Assembly: GCA_050950765.1 (NCBI GenBank) | Contig: JBMNIF010000001.1 | Span: 320,001 to 384,000 of the forward strand | Direction: 5' to 3' | Source: Bdellovibrionota bacterium | GTDB taxonomy: Bacteria; Bdellovibrionota_C; UBA2361; JAAYZI01 | DNA length: 64,000 nucleotides | Shown: one piece after another, positions 31,299 through 41,800 of the stretch | Layout: the number at the start of each line of letters is the position of its first letter | Position numbering within the stretch: position 1 is the first letter of the stretch | Notes under the pieces: model-generated | What the model saw: the letters and a program-made list of their open reading frames with translations, nothing else | Database searches by the model: none | Told to the model about the DNA's origin: nothing | Translations under genes and position numbers: made by a program

Positions 31299-31781
31299 GT
31301 GCTGGAAAGGACTTTCATGCAAAAGACGTTTCAGCCACCGGAAACGAAAAAGACCACTTCTCAAGTATTCCTTCACCTTCTCATGGAAATTCTGGGATTC
31401 TTGAACCAAATTGAGCCTAGTGCCGATACCCCCGTTGTTTTGTTGTGCCAAAGGCAAGATGGGAATACGCTGGCGGAAATCACGGCTGAAAAGCCTAACG
31501 CCTCGAAATACATCCTGCGCGCCAAACACGGCAATGACACTTTTACCTTTTCACTTTCTCTCGACCTGCTTGAAGAACTTTGCAAAAAGAGTTCGGACGG
31601 ATTGGAAGAATTGGCGAAAGAAATTGAGCGTGCCCGTCGGGTCCGTCGGGAAAAGGTATCGGGAAAGTGTACTGTGGCGGATGGAATCTTGGCAAAGCTT
31701 CTTCCGTTGATGGATCGAATGGACAATGCCGGTCTTCTGCGTAAGTTGGGTAATGGCTTTAAGATCGTCAAAGAAAGTTGA
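31299..31781 (+). CDS. Cassette 5 hypothetical protein (start possibly ATG 31317)
   Basis: 160 aa ORF after the diverged fifth leader; AAAGGA before ATG 31317. Confidence 0.65.
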   Translation: MLERTFMQKTFQPPETKKTTSQVFLHLLMEILGFLNQIEPSADTPVVLLCQRQDGNTLAEITAEKPNASKYILRAKHGNDTFTFSLSLDLLEELCKKSSDGLEELAKEIERARRVRREKVSGKCTVADGILAKLLPLMDRMDNAGLLRKLGNGFKIVKES

Positions 31782-31864
31782 CCTTCCATTCCTGTAGCCA
31801 CTAACTAGAAAGGAGGAAAATCCAGTTTAGTGACGAAGGGGGAAATTGAAAGAAAGTTGAAAAA

Positions 31865-31963
31865 GGCTAGCGGTGTCATGACAGAATCTTTTGGATACGA
31901 TTTAATTGGTGATTAGGGGGATTAAGGGGGAATTGAGATGGCTAGCGGTGTCATGACAGAATC
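31865..31963. repeat. Two identical 24-bp direct repeats containing the palindrome TGTCATGACA
   Basis: GGCTAGCGGTGTCATGACAGAATC at 31865-31888 and 31940-31963. Confidence 0.85.
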
Positions 31964-32298
31964 CTCAAATGACGATCACCAAAAAGGGGGAAGAGGTTGG
32001 AGAGTCAGGGAGCTAGAGAGGAGGTATTTTTCCCTGCTTCACGGCGGTTCTTATCTTGAGCCTACCTTATGGCCGCCGTGAACTCCAACCCTTTTAATCT
32101 AACTTCTTTGTGCTATTCCTTCAAAAAATTACTTCTTAAAGGTATGGAGTAAATATTCTTCACCACACCAGATATTACGGTTCGAAATATTAAGATATTG
32201 TTTGTTTTTTCGCCGCCACTGTTAATTATTTACAAATGTTGCTATATTTCTTCTCACTTGCTGAAAGTTCAGCCGTATATTTTTGAAAGGAAACATCT

Positions 32299-32877
32299 AT
32301 GGGTAAATCATTAAAAGGAACGAAAACAGAGCAGAACCTCTTAAAATCTTTTGCCGGAGAGTCTCAGGCAAGAAACAGATATACATATTTTTCAAGTGTT
32401 GCTGCCAAAGAAGGCTATAAGCAGATCTCTCTTATCTTTGAAGAGACAGCTGATCACGAAAAAGAACATGCAAAACGGATGTTTAAATACCTAGAAGGTG
32501 GCGATCTTGAAATAACCTCTACTTATCCTGCTGGTAAAATCGGGACAACTTTAGAAAATCTTGAAGCTGCCGCTTGCGGTGAAAACGAAGAGTGGTCTCA
32601 ACTTTATCCCGAGTTTGCAGCTGTCGCCAGATCTGAAGGATTCGAAGATATCGCAGAGATGTACGAAGCGATCTGCGTCGCTGAAAAACAACATGAAAAA
32701 CGGTATCGTGCTTTGGCAGATAACATCAAAAACGGAGTTGTCTTCAAAAAAGACGGTAAGATCTTCTGGAGATGCCTAAACTGCGGTTATATCCATGAAG
32801 GTGATACCGCTCCTGTTGTTTGCCCAGCCTGCGTGCATCCGCAAGCTCATTTCGAAGAGTTGGCTGAAAATTGGTAG
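32299..32877 (+). CDS. rbr: Rubrerythrin
   Basis: FAGESQARNRY, EKEHAKR, EKQHE and C-terminal WRCLNCGY...CPACVHP. Confidence 0.95.
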   Translation: MGKSLKGTKTEQNLLKSFAGESQARNRYTYFSSVAAKEGYKQISLIFEETADHEKEHAKRMFKYLEGGDLEITSTYPAGKIGTTLENLEAAACGENEEWSQLYPEFAAVARSEGFEDIAEMYEAICVAEKQHEKRYRALADNIKNGVVFKKDGKIFWRCLNCGYIHEGDTAPVVCPACVHPQAHFEELAENW

Positions 32878-32928
32878 AGAGTAACGCTATGCACAAATAG
32901 ACCGTTTGAAGTCTGTGCATAGTAATTT

Positions 32929-32956
32929 TAAGGGCACGTCTTTAGGGGGTGCCCTT
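32929..32956 (+). terminator. Probable intrinsic terminator after rbr
   Basis: AAGGGCAC...GTGCCCTT inverted repeat. Confidence 0.5.
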
Positions 32957-33589
32957 CTCCCCAACTCCCGAGTCTTTTGAAGTTTTTTAGTTGTTTAGTT
33001 GAAATTCGTTCATTGTAAAGATCTAGCTCGGTTTAAATTATTAGAGCCATCATATGCCGTAGTCCATCTGATAACGTAAAAAGTTTGGCATGTTAGAGTT
33101 ATCTCATTTGATTTATTATATTTTTTTAAATAATCCTCAATAGTTAATCGACTAAATAGACGACTCAAAAAAAGTTTAGGGCTTCAGTTTTTAATATAAG
33201 AATATAAAAAAAATCTATTTAATTTAAAAAGTTAGAAACACCTTAGCGATAAGTAGCGATATCTGTTTGCTGACATTGGCGCTTTGCACTGGCATTGCGT
33301 CAACAAGGTTATGCTGAATGTTTCACAATAAATAATCGAATTCGATTATCGTGAGGATTTAGTGTGTCTAAAAGTGCAAAAAACAATCTGTCTATCTGTC
33401 ACAGTGGCTTTTACGCTTACGGTGATTTGTAGCAGTGCATATATATTGTTGCTTAGTTGTATTGGCTTCTCACTAACTTAGAGGGAGTCAAGATAATTAC
33501 AGCATAGAAAACGTTGCGATTATACTTTTAGTGTAGTTGCCAACAAACAACAACTAGTACTAGCTTTTGCTAGTTAGAAAGGTTTCATC

Positions 33590-34576
33590 ATGAAACTAGA
33601 CAAAGACTGCGCCCTAAATGGGCTACTTGCCTTCTGCATCGTTTTTGGATCTGTGTTTGCGTATGAAGGCGCGAAATACTTTGCGCCATACATAAAGGGC
33701 ACGAATCGGGTTCAATCCGTTGCTCAACAGAGCGGCGAGTCCGACGATGAACCGAGCGGCGAGTTCGACGATAAATCGAACGGCGTGCTTGGCGAGATGT
33801 CCTTCGATATCCTTGACGAGGATGTTCTCGACGGTCTCCAATCCCAACAAGGCGACACCGCCTCTGAACGAGGCGTTGCGTCGGGGGGGCCTGTCGCCAC
33901 GGTGGAGTGCGGTAGCGACCTTAGCCCTGAAGAGAGGGAGGAAGTGGCGCGCTTTATTAGTGGGCTTGTCCTCAAAATGAAGCTAGCTGACCCCTTCGAA
34001 GATCCCCCTGCGGAGTTCTCCACGGGGGACTGCGTCGCTGAATTGGCGAAATCAATCAAACGTCTCGCTTGGTGGACTGAGGCTATCGGTGATTTCTCCG
34101 AGGCGTTCTTGGATAATGATCCTAAAGTCGCTGCCACGTTACGTGGTACGGCGCAAGCTTTCAAGGTTATGACCACCAAGGTCGAGCGTCTGGAAGCAAT
34201 CGTCGAGGAAAAAGGCGACGACTCCTTAAAGGATCCTGAAGCGTTACAGTGCGCCGCTGCAATCAAAATTGCCGCTTGGTGGATCGATAGATCCTTCAGT
34301 GACGTTAGATGTAGTGACCCAGAACGTGTTGGATTCGATGGGAATGTCGGCTTGCTGTTCTCGTTCTGTGAAACAATTCTCGAAAGAGCGTCGCAATATC
34401 AAGAACGACAAGAATGGAAGCCTGGTGACCTGTTGTCAGGTTGTGGGGCATGCGTTTCTAGCTTAACAGTCGAGGAGATTCCTGAGTCTACGACGACGGA
34501 TCCCACGCCTATGACGATGGTTCCTGAGTCTACGACGATGGTTCCTGAGTCTGCTGCGAATGCCCTTGCACTCTAG
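33590..34576 (+). CDS. Hypothetical exported/anchored acidic protein with C-terminal PEST(T) repeats
   Basis: N-terminal hydrophobic helix, several Cys residues, CCTGAGTCT repeated 3x near the 3' end; GC-richer than its flanks. Confidence 0.7.
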   Translation: MKLDKDCALNGLLAFCIVFGSVFAYEGAKYFAPYIKGTNRVQSVAQQSGESDDEPSGEFDDKSNGVLGEMSFDILDEDVLDGLQSQQGDTASERGVASGGPVATVECGSDLSPEEREEVARFISGLVLKMKLADPFEDPPAEFSTGDCVAELAKSIKRLAWWTEAIGDFSEAFLDNDPKVAATLRGTAQAFKVMTTKVERLEAIVEEKGDDSLKDPEALQCAAAIKIAAWWIDRSFSDVRCSDPERVGFDGNVGLLFSFCETILERASQYQERQEWKPGDLLSGCGACVSSLTVEEIPESTTTDPTPMTMVPESTTMVPESAANALAL

Positions 34577-34606
34577 ACGATGTTTATCGTCAGCAACAAC
34601 CTTTTT

Positions 34607-34636
34607 GAAGCTCTCCTCGGAGGGCTTCATTTCTTT
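34607..34636 (+). terminator. Intrinsic terminator-like hairpin
   Basis: GAAGCTCTCC-TC-GGAGGGCTTC followed by ATTTCTTT. Confidence 0.55.
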
Positions 34637-34881
34637 AGTGCGTTATTTATTGCAAGGATTGTAAGGTGAGATCTAAAGGGAGTAGAACGCCATCTGCCTT
34701 GATTAGGTGAGATTAGATTTAGTAATTTAGATAGGTAAGTCTTATTAAATAAACAGAGATTAATTTTATACAGTGAGCTGTATGAGATTTGATTTTAGTG
34801 ATCTGTTTTAAATTATTAGAGTTGTTACGTGTATGTTTTCTTTGTATGGCGGTGTGGAAGGCTTAGCACGTTAGTGCACCT

Positions 34882-35535
34882 CTATTCGATAAGATCGTAA
34901 TCGATATTTCCCATACAGCACGGGCATAATAAATAGCGAACTCCTACCTTGTCGTTACCGATCCAATCTGCAATATAAGGTTCAACCCAGCCATCTTTTA
35001 TGCAGTATACGGAGTTGGCGGGGGGAGTGGAATCGTTTGTAATGGTCTGAAAAGATCTGCACTCTATCGTTGCATCAAGTGCATAATAACACTCTTCTGC
35101 GTGTCGCCACTCATCTTGTAAGGTTGAAACTTCTTCGGCTCCAGCATTATAGCTCATAGCGGTTTGAGGGCGTGTTTTTTTACGATCCTGTAAGATCCTA
35201 TACTGATAAAAGCGGCTAATAAAAAAACGACGCAACTCATGATAAGGGACGGCACGAAGTTGAAAATCGGAATATGTACCTTCAAAAACCTCTCCCGAAA
35301 GGGGGTGTATAAAATGATTTGCGGCATCCTTAAAAATAAATGATCCATCATAGGAAGGAGTATCAATTTTGTACGCAAGATAGATCACATCACTGGCGCT
35401 TTGCCAATTAGATAATAGGGCTCCTAAAAATATAAAATCTCGAGTTAAGGGCGGAGGTAGACCATCACGAAAATAACTACACGTGATGTCAGGTGGGGTG
35501 TATAGATCTGATGAAAAAATCGTGCTTTCAAGCAT
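34882..35535 (-). CDS. Hypothetical protein
   Basis: 217 aa ORF with C-terminal CPCC. Confidence 0.55.
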   Translation of the reverse strand: MLESTIFSSDLYTPPDITCSYFRDGLPPPLTRDFIFLGALLSNWQSASDVIYLAYKIDTPSYDGSFIFKDAANHFIHPLSGEVFEGTYSDFQLRAVPYHELRRFFISRFYQYRILQDRKKTRPQTAMSYNAGAEEVSTLQDEWRHAEECYYALDATIECRSFQTITNDSTPPANSVYCIKDGWVEPYIADWIGNDKVGVRYLLCPCCMGNIDYDLIE

Positions 35536-35665
35536 ACCTTTAAGATCGGTATGCTTGAGGGTAAACTTAACTTTTTAGCGGCTATTTTCTACGGTATCAC
35601 CAATAATCTGATAAAGTAACCCGTACTAGAAATATCGATAGCTGTAATATAAGGGCAAAGGGAGT

Positions 35666-35905
35666 CTACGCTAAATCACTTAAAGACATGCCATATTTCT
35701 TTAATGTGGCTTGTAGACCAAACTTATCAATCGTGCGAATAACACGAGTTGAAATTTTGAGTGTAACATAGCGTTTTTCCTCAGGAATATACACTCGCTT
35801 GACCTGCAAATTCGGTTGGAAAAGGTGCTTTGTACGATTTTTAGCGTGACTTACACGGTTACCGCTCTGACGAGAAGTTCCTGAAATTTGACAACGACGA
35901 GCCAT
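35666..35905 (-). CDS. rpmB: 50S ribosomal protein L28
   Basis: MARRCQISG..GNRVSHA..TKH.F.PNLQ. Confidence 0.95.
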   Translation of the reverse strand: MARRCQISGTSRQSGNRVSHAKNRTKHLFQPNLQVKRVYIPEEKRYVTLKISTRVIRTIDKFGLQATLKKYGMSLSDLA

Positions 35906-36242
35906 AACTAATCTCTCTCTTTTTTGTTTAAGTACTTATTTTAACAATGTAAATAATAAAATGTAAATAATAATACGACCACCTCTCAAAGGTAGTAAGG
36001 ACGTCGACAATGTGAGCAACCACGCTAACACCACCTGAGAGTGGTGGAGACTATGCAGTAATTATGCAAAAAAAGCAAGCCCGTAGAGTTTTTTGAGGGT
36101 GAGGAGGGTAAGTGGCTTAGGGCTTATCTGGATGATGTCGCCAAGCATTTTTTTACATTTTTACTAAAAAGTTATGTATAATTAGTAATGACACTTAGGA
36201 GTCAAAATCGAAGTGTGAGAAATATTATAAAAGTTTGCGGCA

Positions 36243-36881
36243 CTAGACGCTTAGCGCGCGCCAACAGGAATCGGCTATCTCACCTGCCAAAGCGCTCGGA
36301 GAATGCTTACTGTAACTATCCAGCCAGTCACGAACAAAGGAAAGGGGGATGCCGAAGAGGATGCTCCAGATAACATCAGCGCGGAGCGGTCTAATCTTCC
36401 CCTCTCTAATCCCGTTTTTTATAGTTTTCGTCAGTTTTCTGCCGAGGTCATCGTAACCGACTTTAGTCGGATGACGAATTTCACCCGTTATAAATTCGTT
36501 GTGTCTGCAAAGCCACATGTACTTTGAAAGTTGGTGGTTCAATTCGGAAAATTCAAGAAAAGATCTTACTAATGTTTTAACGACATCCTCTACATCGTCT
36601 TTATTTTTAATAGAGTTAAAAAGGGTAGCTCTGAAAGAGGTTAGCCCTTCATTATATAGAGAGACTGCAACGTTCTCTTTGTTTTTAAAGTTATGATAAA
36701 TCGATCCGACACTACACTTCGATTCGCGACTTAGATCGGGTACATTGGTGTTGAAATAGCCCTGTTCAACAAACAGCTTTAAAGCCGCTGCCATTATTCT
36801 TTCACGAGGGCTAAATGAGGTAAAATCGACTTTTGGTTTTTCTGTTGCAGCTTGTGCTTCAGAGTTCTGTTTCCCTTCCAT
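36243..36881 (-). CDS. TetR/AcrR family transcriptional regulator
   Basis: RERIMAAALKLFVEQGY...SVGSIYHNFKNKE HTH. Confidence 0.92.
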   Translation of the reverse strand: MEGKQNSEAQAATEKPKVDFTSFSPRERIMAAALKLFVEQGYFNTNVPDLSRESKCSVGSIYHNFKNKENVAVSLYNEGLTSFRATLFNSIKNKDDVEDVVKTLVRSFLEFSELNHQLSKYMWLCRHNEFITGEIRHPTKVGYDDLGRKLTKTIKNGIREGKIRPLRADVIWSILFGIPLSFVRDWLDSYSKHSPSALAGEIADSCWRALSV

Positions 36882-36908
36882 GGGCGCAGTTATACTCTTG
36901 ATTGATGG

Positions 36909-37065
36909 AAAGTGTAAAGATCTGCTAAGACCGCGATATATATCAGTAGTGAATACAAACCTTTCAATAAAAAGTGTAAGGAACTGCTAGGGTTGTGATA
37001 TATCAGCAGAGAATACAAACCTTTCAAACCTTTCAATAAAAAGTCTAGGGGTCTGCTAAGGCCCT
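36909..37065. repeat. Imperfect tandem repeat (~60 bp) upstream of the TetR gene
   Basis: AAAGTGTAA..CTGCTA.G...ATATCAG...GAATACAAACCTTTCAA recurs about 2.5 times. Confidence 0.7.
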
Positions 37066-37122
37066 CGCTGTACAAGATATTTTACCTTGCTAGGGCACGA
37101 TGTTTTAACTTATAACACCACT

Positions 37123-37242
37123 ATGAGTGGAGACGGGAAGATATTATATCGTATATTTATTGGCTTGGTTGCTTCAGCTGTCGTACTAGTACTTGTATTT
37201 ACGATCGTGTTCGTTGTGCTTCTCTTTCGTAGTCTGTTCTAA
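37123..37242 (+). CDS. Possible 39-aa single-TM small protein
   Basis: MSGDGKILYRIFIGLVASAVVLVLVFTIVFVVLLFRSLF*; no clear SD. Confidence 0.35.
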   Translation: MSGDGKILYRIFIGLVASAVVLVLVFTIVFVVLLFRSLF

Positions 37243-37257
37243 GTTGGAAATAAGAAA

Positions 37258-37550
37258 ATATAAGAGAACGAACAAGGACTTTTTAATAATATTTTTCCTT
37301 TGCAGAAAACCTTTTTTAAACCTTTTGGAAAGAGCTTTTGGGTATAAGAGGACGAGGACTTTTTAGTGATGTTTTTCCTTTGCAGAAGACCTTTTTTAAA
37401 CCTTTCGGAAAGGGCTTTTGAGTATAAGAGAACAAAGGCTTTTCAGTGATATTTTTCTTTGCAGAAGACCTTTATAAAAACCTTTTCGGAAAGAGCTTTC
37501 GAGTATAAAAGAACAAAGGCTTTTCAGTAATATTTTTTCTGAAAAGCCTT
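37258..37550. repeat. Imperfect tandem repeat, ~80 bp unit x ~3.5
   Basis: TATAAGAG..AAGG.CTTTT..TATTTTT.CTTTGCAGAA.ACCTTT..AAACCTTT.GGAAAG.GCTTT recurs. Confidence 0.8.
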
Positions 37551-37585
37551 TGTGCTGATCTAGCTTTGACTCTTACGTCTTTCGA

Positions 37586-38281
37586 TCAGACGGTAATGAG
37601 ATTATATGTAACAGCCATACGCACTAAATCTGCGTTATTTCTAGCTTTTAATTTGCGTAAGATGTTGCTGCGGTGCGTATCGACCGTTCTAATACTGATA
37701 TGAAGCTTTTCTCCGATCTCTCTGTTGCTCATACCGTTTGCTAAGTGTTTTGTAATCTCGAGCTCCCTTTTTGTTAAAACGGAAAGGGGAGAGTTCTCCA
37801 GTGGCTCTCTTTCCGCTATAAGGGGCGCTATCACTTCAGGGCTTAAATAAGTTTTTCCTTTTAAAACTGATGAAATTGCGAAAAGTAGCTCCTCCGTATC
37901 GGCATTTTTAGGGATAAAACCCTTTGCTCCGGCGTGTAGTGCAGCGCTAACGTATTTACCTTTATCGTTTGCAGAGAGGATTAAAACAGGTGGCATCTGG
38001 TCGTGTTTAAATTGTGCCTCCATCGCTTTTAATGTTTCCACACCATCAAGTCGTGGCATACAGGCATCCATTATGATCAGATCCGGATGTTGATCTGATT
38101 TTAGTAGCTCAAGAAGTTGCTCGCCATCTTCAGCTTGAGCTACAACGTTGAAATCTCCTCTATTTTCTAAAAGTTCGCATAATGCCTGACGTACGATAGC
38201 GTGATCGTCTGCAACAATAAGATTAACCATAAAAACCCCCATGATGAAACAGTATCCGGTTGTAGGGTGGTAATACGTCAT
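37586..38281 (-). CDS. NarL/FixJ-type response regulator (REC + LuxR HTH)
   Basis: ADDHAIVR, MDACMP, GAKGFIPK and LTKRELEI...TVDTHRSNILRKL motifs. Confidence 0.93.
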   Translation of the reverse strand: MTYYHPTTGYCFIMGVFMVNLIVADDHAIVRQALCELLENRGDFNVVAQAEDGEQLLELLKSDQHPDLIIMDACMPRLDGVETLKAMEAQFKHDQMPPVLILSANDKGKYVSAALHAGAKGFIPKNADTEELLFAISSVLKGKTYLSPEVIAPLIAEREPLENSPLSVLTKRELEITKHLANGMSNREIGEKLHISIRTVDTHRSNILRKLKARNNADLVRMAVTYNLITV

Positions 38282-38494
38282 TTTCTTAGTTAAACTTTAG
38301 CTCTTGAGAAGATTTTTTTAGAAATATTTCGTAAGTGTTGAATCTGACGACGTGTTGTTTAAAGCCTTGAAAAGACAGATAGCTGCGCCAGTGGGAACGG
38401 CTTAAGTTAAATTAAAAAGCTCAATTTAGGGCAGAAAAAAAGAACGCTTAGTAGGTTTATGGCAGTCCTAAGCGTTCTTATTATCTAGAGTTTA

Positions 38495-38806
38495 TTATCT
38501 CTCTTTCTTGGGGATCTCTATCCGCATGCTGCCGCAGGTATCTCGACAAAGAACCGCAACATCACCCAAGTTGATAAAAAAGTTTGTCCCTTCAATACTG
38601 ACTTCAACGGGGAAGTTCTCTGAACCTTGCGTCGCTAACTTTCTCATCCCTGTGGCGATCTGATTAAAGCCGTTAGATAAACGTAAGATCGTTCCACTTT
38701 TTAAGATAATAGTAGCACCGTCTCCGGCATAAGCTGCCTCCGGATTTTGAAAGAAAAAGGTTAGGGTTAATAAAATAAGGATTATTTTTTTCATAACGTT
38801 CTCCAT
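38495..38806 (-). CDS. Small exported hypothetical protein
   Basis: MKKIILILLTL..AYA signal peptide. Confidence 0.65.
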   Translation of the reverse strand: MENVMKKIILILLTLTFFFQNPEAAYAGDGATIILKSGTILRLSNGFNQIATGMRKLATQGSENFPVEVSIEGTNFFINLGDVAVLCRDTCGSMRIEIPKKER

Positions 38807-38815
38807 AATAAAATA

Positions 38816-41800
38816 TTAAAAGATAAACGAAACTTTAGGCTGCTTAGTCGTGCCTTTTAAAGAAAACGGAACTGCGACGACACGTTGCTGTGTTTTCGAG
38901 ATGATCTTTCCTAGCACGGGGATGTGCTCTGAGACCTTGCCGATCGTTCTAAGTGGGATCACACGTCCTCTGCCGCGGATCTCACCTGTCTTAAGGTTGA
39001 TGGTGACACGCCTAAGGTTTATCGATAAAAAAGGCCCATCAAACTTAGCTTCTTGTAAAGTTAAAAATAATCCCTTAAGTGCGAACTTAATATTTATCTC
39101 AGAGAACGGCACTCCGGAGCTTTGCGAAAGCCATTTCTCTGCTGTAAAATAAGAGAGGATCTGCAGCAAGATCGGTTGATTTACAATATTGACACTTTTA
39201 ACCTTAATGTTTCCGACGATATCTTGCAGGTCGATCATATTTTTATCTTTAGTCTCTATATTTGCTATTAAACTTCCGTTACGTACATCTGAAGTATCGC
39301 TGAACAGTCTAACTAAGGCACCAGCATCATCTGCTTTGATAGTGATCTTTTGTGGCGTTGAGTTAGAGAGTAATCTTATATTTAAATCACCCTTCTTTGA
39401 AAGATACGAAGTGATCTGAAGATCTTTCCAGATCTTTGCTGTTCTAATGGCGTTTAGTTTTAGGTTAGTAAAGTTTCTTTCCCCTAATAAAAATGTTCCT
39501 AAGTCGGCTGTTAAATTAAGTGTGGTAGGAAAAGGATCTCGCGACTGCGTGTATTTTTTAAGGTTAACTTGTTGTGGCTCTGATTTTTTAGGGGTAAGAG
39601 CTAGCTTTCGTCCCTTTATATCAAGGGTGTTCGCACTGTATTTAAGTTTTGATAGATCTGTTTCGGCAACGTGTAATCTTGATATTTGAAGCGTTGATTT
39701 TGAGGGGTCTCTAATGTCAATTGTGCCGTTACCGAGAAGGTTTAAAGAGGGGGCTTTTAGATCAAAGTTCTGGAAGGAGAGTAGTTTGTTGGCACCTTGA
39801 TATGTTGCAGCAGTTGTTAGGGTGAGGTCTGAGGCGTGAGGCTTTTTATATTTTAATAACGGTATCTCAAGTGCAGTGTCTTTAAATGTAATAGTACCTG
39901 AAATATCCCAAGCTGTTTTTGATCGGCGGGAGAGTTGCAGGTCTAGTGGTGAAGGGGAGTTGTTGAATTTAAGAGTAACGTAGTCGTTAGAGAGTGGTGT
40001 TAAATAATCTGCAAGGTTTAGCTTGCCCGTAGCGGAGATCTTTAATCTATCTCCAAAAGATGCCATCTTTTCTGAAACTTTAAATTTTAACTTATTTTTT
40101 TGCAGGTAGCCCGTTCCTGAAACTGAAAAATCATTGTGAAGGATCTTTAGATCTGCTGTTGGTGCCGTGAAGGTATATTTTTTTCTGTTGGTGTCTTTTA
40201 AGGTAAAGGTGGCGGCGCTTAATTTGGTGTTGATATCGAAATCTACATCTTGGAGACGGATGTCTTCGTTCAATAGAAAGGAAAGAGCTATTTTACTGTG
40301 GTGTTGACCTGAAAAATCTAAGGGATCGGCTTCAGCAATTTCTGTTATAACGGTAGTTACTTCATTTATTAGCCCTTGCATAATAGCTTCAATCTTTAAA
40401 GTTTCAGTACCATCTGCCAAAACATCTCCGATAGAAACAGTTAAATCATTTATCTCTTGAGTGAGGATATTACCTTTGCTTGAAGTGATAGAGATGTTTC
40501 CGCGATCCATCGAGAAGTGTCCAGAAAGACCTTCTGCTGTTGGTGCGTTTGGAGCGTAAAGTACGGAAAGCCCGTCATAATCAAAATCTGCTTTTAAAAG
40601 AGTTTCTGGGGAGTCTTCTGCAAAAGAGAGCGTTGTTGATAGGGGAGTGCGCACCTTTATGGTTGCATTATAAATCGCTGCTTTATTTAGACGGTTAGCA
40701 AGCCACTCGTAAAGGTTCGGATTCTCTTTTCTTGGAATGTAGATAGGGATCTGATCAATATTAAAATCGGAGAATGAAGTTTCAAGTTCAAGGTAGGGGA
40801 TATCGTTCTCTCTCTTTTTTATTACGAAGTTGTTTGAAGCGATTATACCATTTTGATCCTTGATGGTAAGAACGCCTGAGAAGAGGTGATCTTGTGGTGA
40901 AATATGGAGATCGAGATCGATATCATCAAAGAGAAGAGGTGCATCGAAGATCTGTGGGGATGTTATCTTAGCATGGTGTAGATCGCTTTCAATTAAGATG
41001 TCTTCTAAATTATCTTCAAGGGTGAGTCGTGCTGAAGCGGAGACCCTTCCCGAAGCTTTAAAAACATTAAAAAATTCTTCTGGAATGTAATTATCAAAAG
41101 CATCCAAATTCTTAAATGCTAATGATGCTTTTATTTTGGCATAATCTTCACCCTCTTTTAGTGTTATTAGAAGGGTCAGGGGGATGGTGGCATCTTCCCG
41201 TTTTAGTGTTAGCTCTGTGCTGATAATAAGTTTTGATGAGTTGAGCCGATTCTCTAAAGAGGCTTCTTTAATCTCTGCTCTCCAAGCATCACCTAGTATC
41301 TGATCTTTAAAGAGCACTTGTGCCGTATCGATCTGAACCCCTTGCAGAGATTGCAGTTCGGAGGGGAGCTTGCTGCTGGATTGCTGCAACATTTTTAAGG
41401 CATCAAAGAAATTGATGGCTTCAGATGGTGGTGCGGTAGTTGTGGAGTTGCGACGTTGGGTGTCGGAAAAGGGTCTGCCTGAAATAAAAAGACCGGTGTC
41501 ATCACGAATGATGTTGATAGTGGGGTGATTGATAATAATATATCGTGGTGCGATTTTGCCGTGAAGAAAGCTCTTTATATCAAGTGTTGCTGAGACCCGC
41601 CCTAAAAGAGTTTCTTCTGAAGTTTCTGCTTTTATAATCTTAGTATCCGTTGCAGTAACTTTGAAGCCACTGTCAAAGGTTAGAAGTATAGAGGTTGCTT
41701 CAACTCTAAAGGTGTCAAAAGAAAGGGTGCTGGCGGGTATAAATTGAGTTAGGGGGATCCCGACGAAGAATAGTAGTAGGGAGAGGATAGTGATAACACT

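Noticed and set aside
26573..31781. Diversity-generating retroelement or retron
   Set aside because: No reverse transcriptase in the window, and no TR/VR pair differing specifically at adenines.
31865..31963. Mini-CRISPR (two 24-bp repeats)
   Set aside because: Only two repeats, a 51-bp low-complexity spacer and no cas genes.
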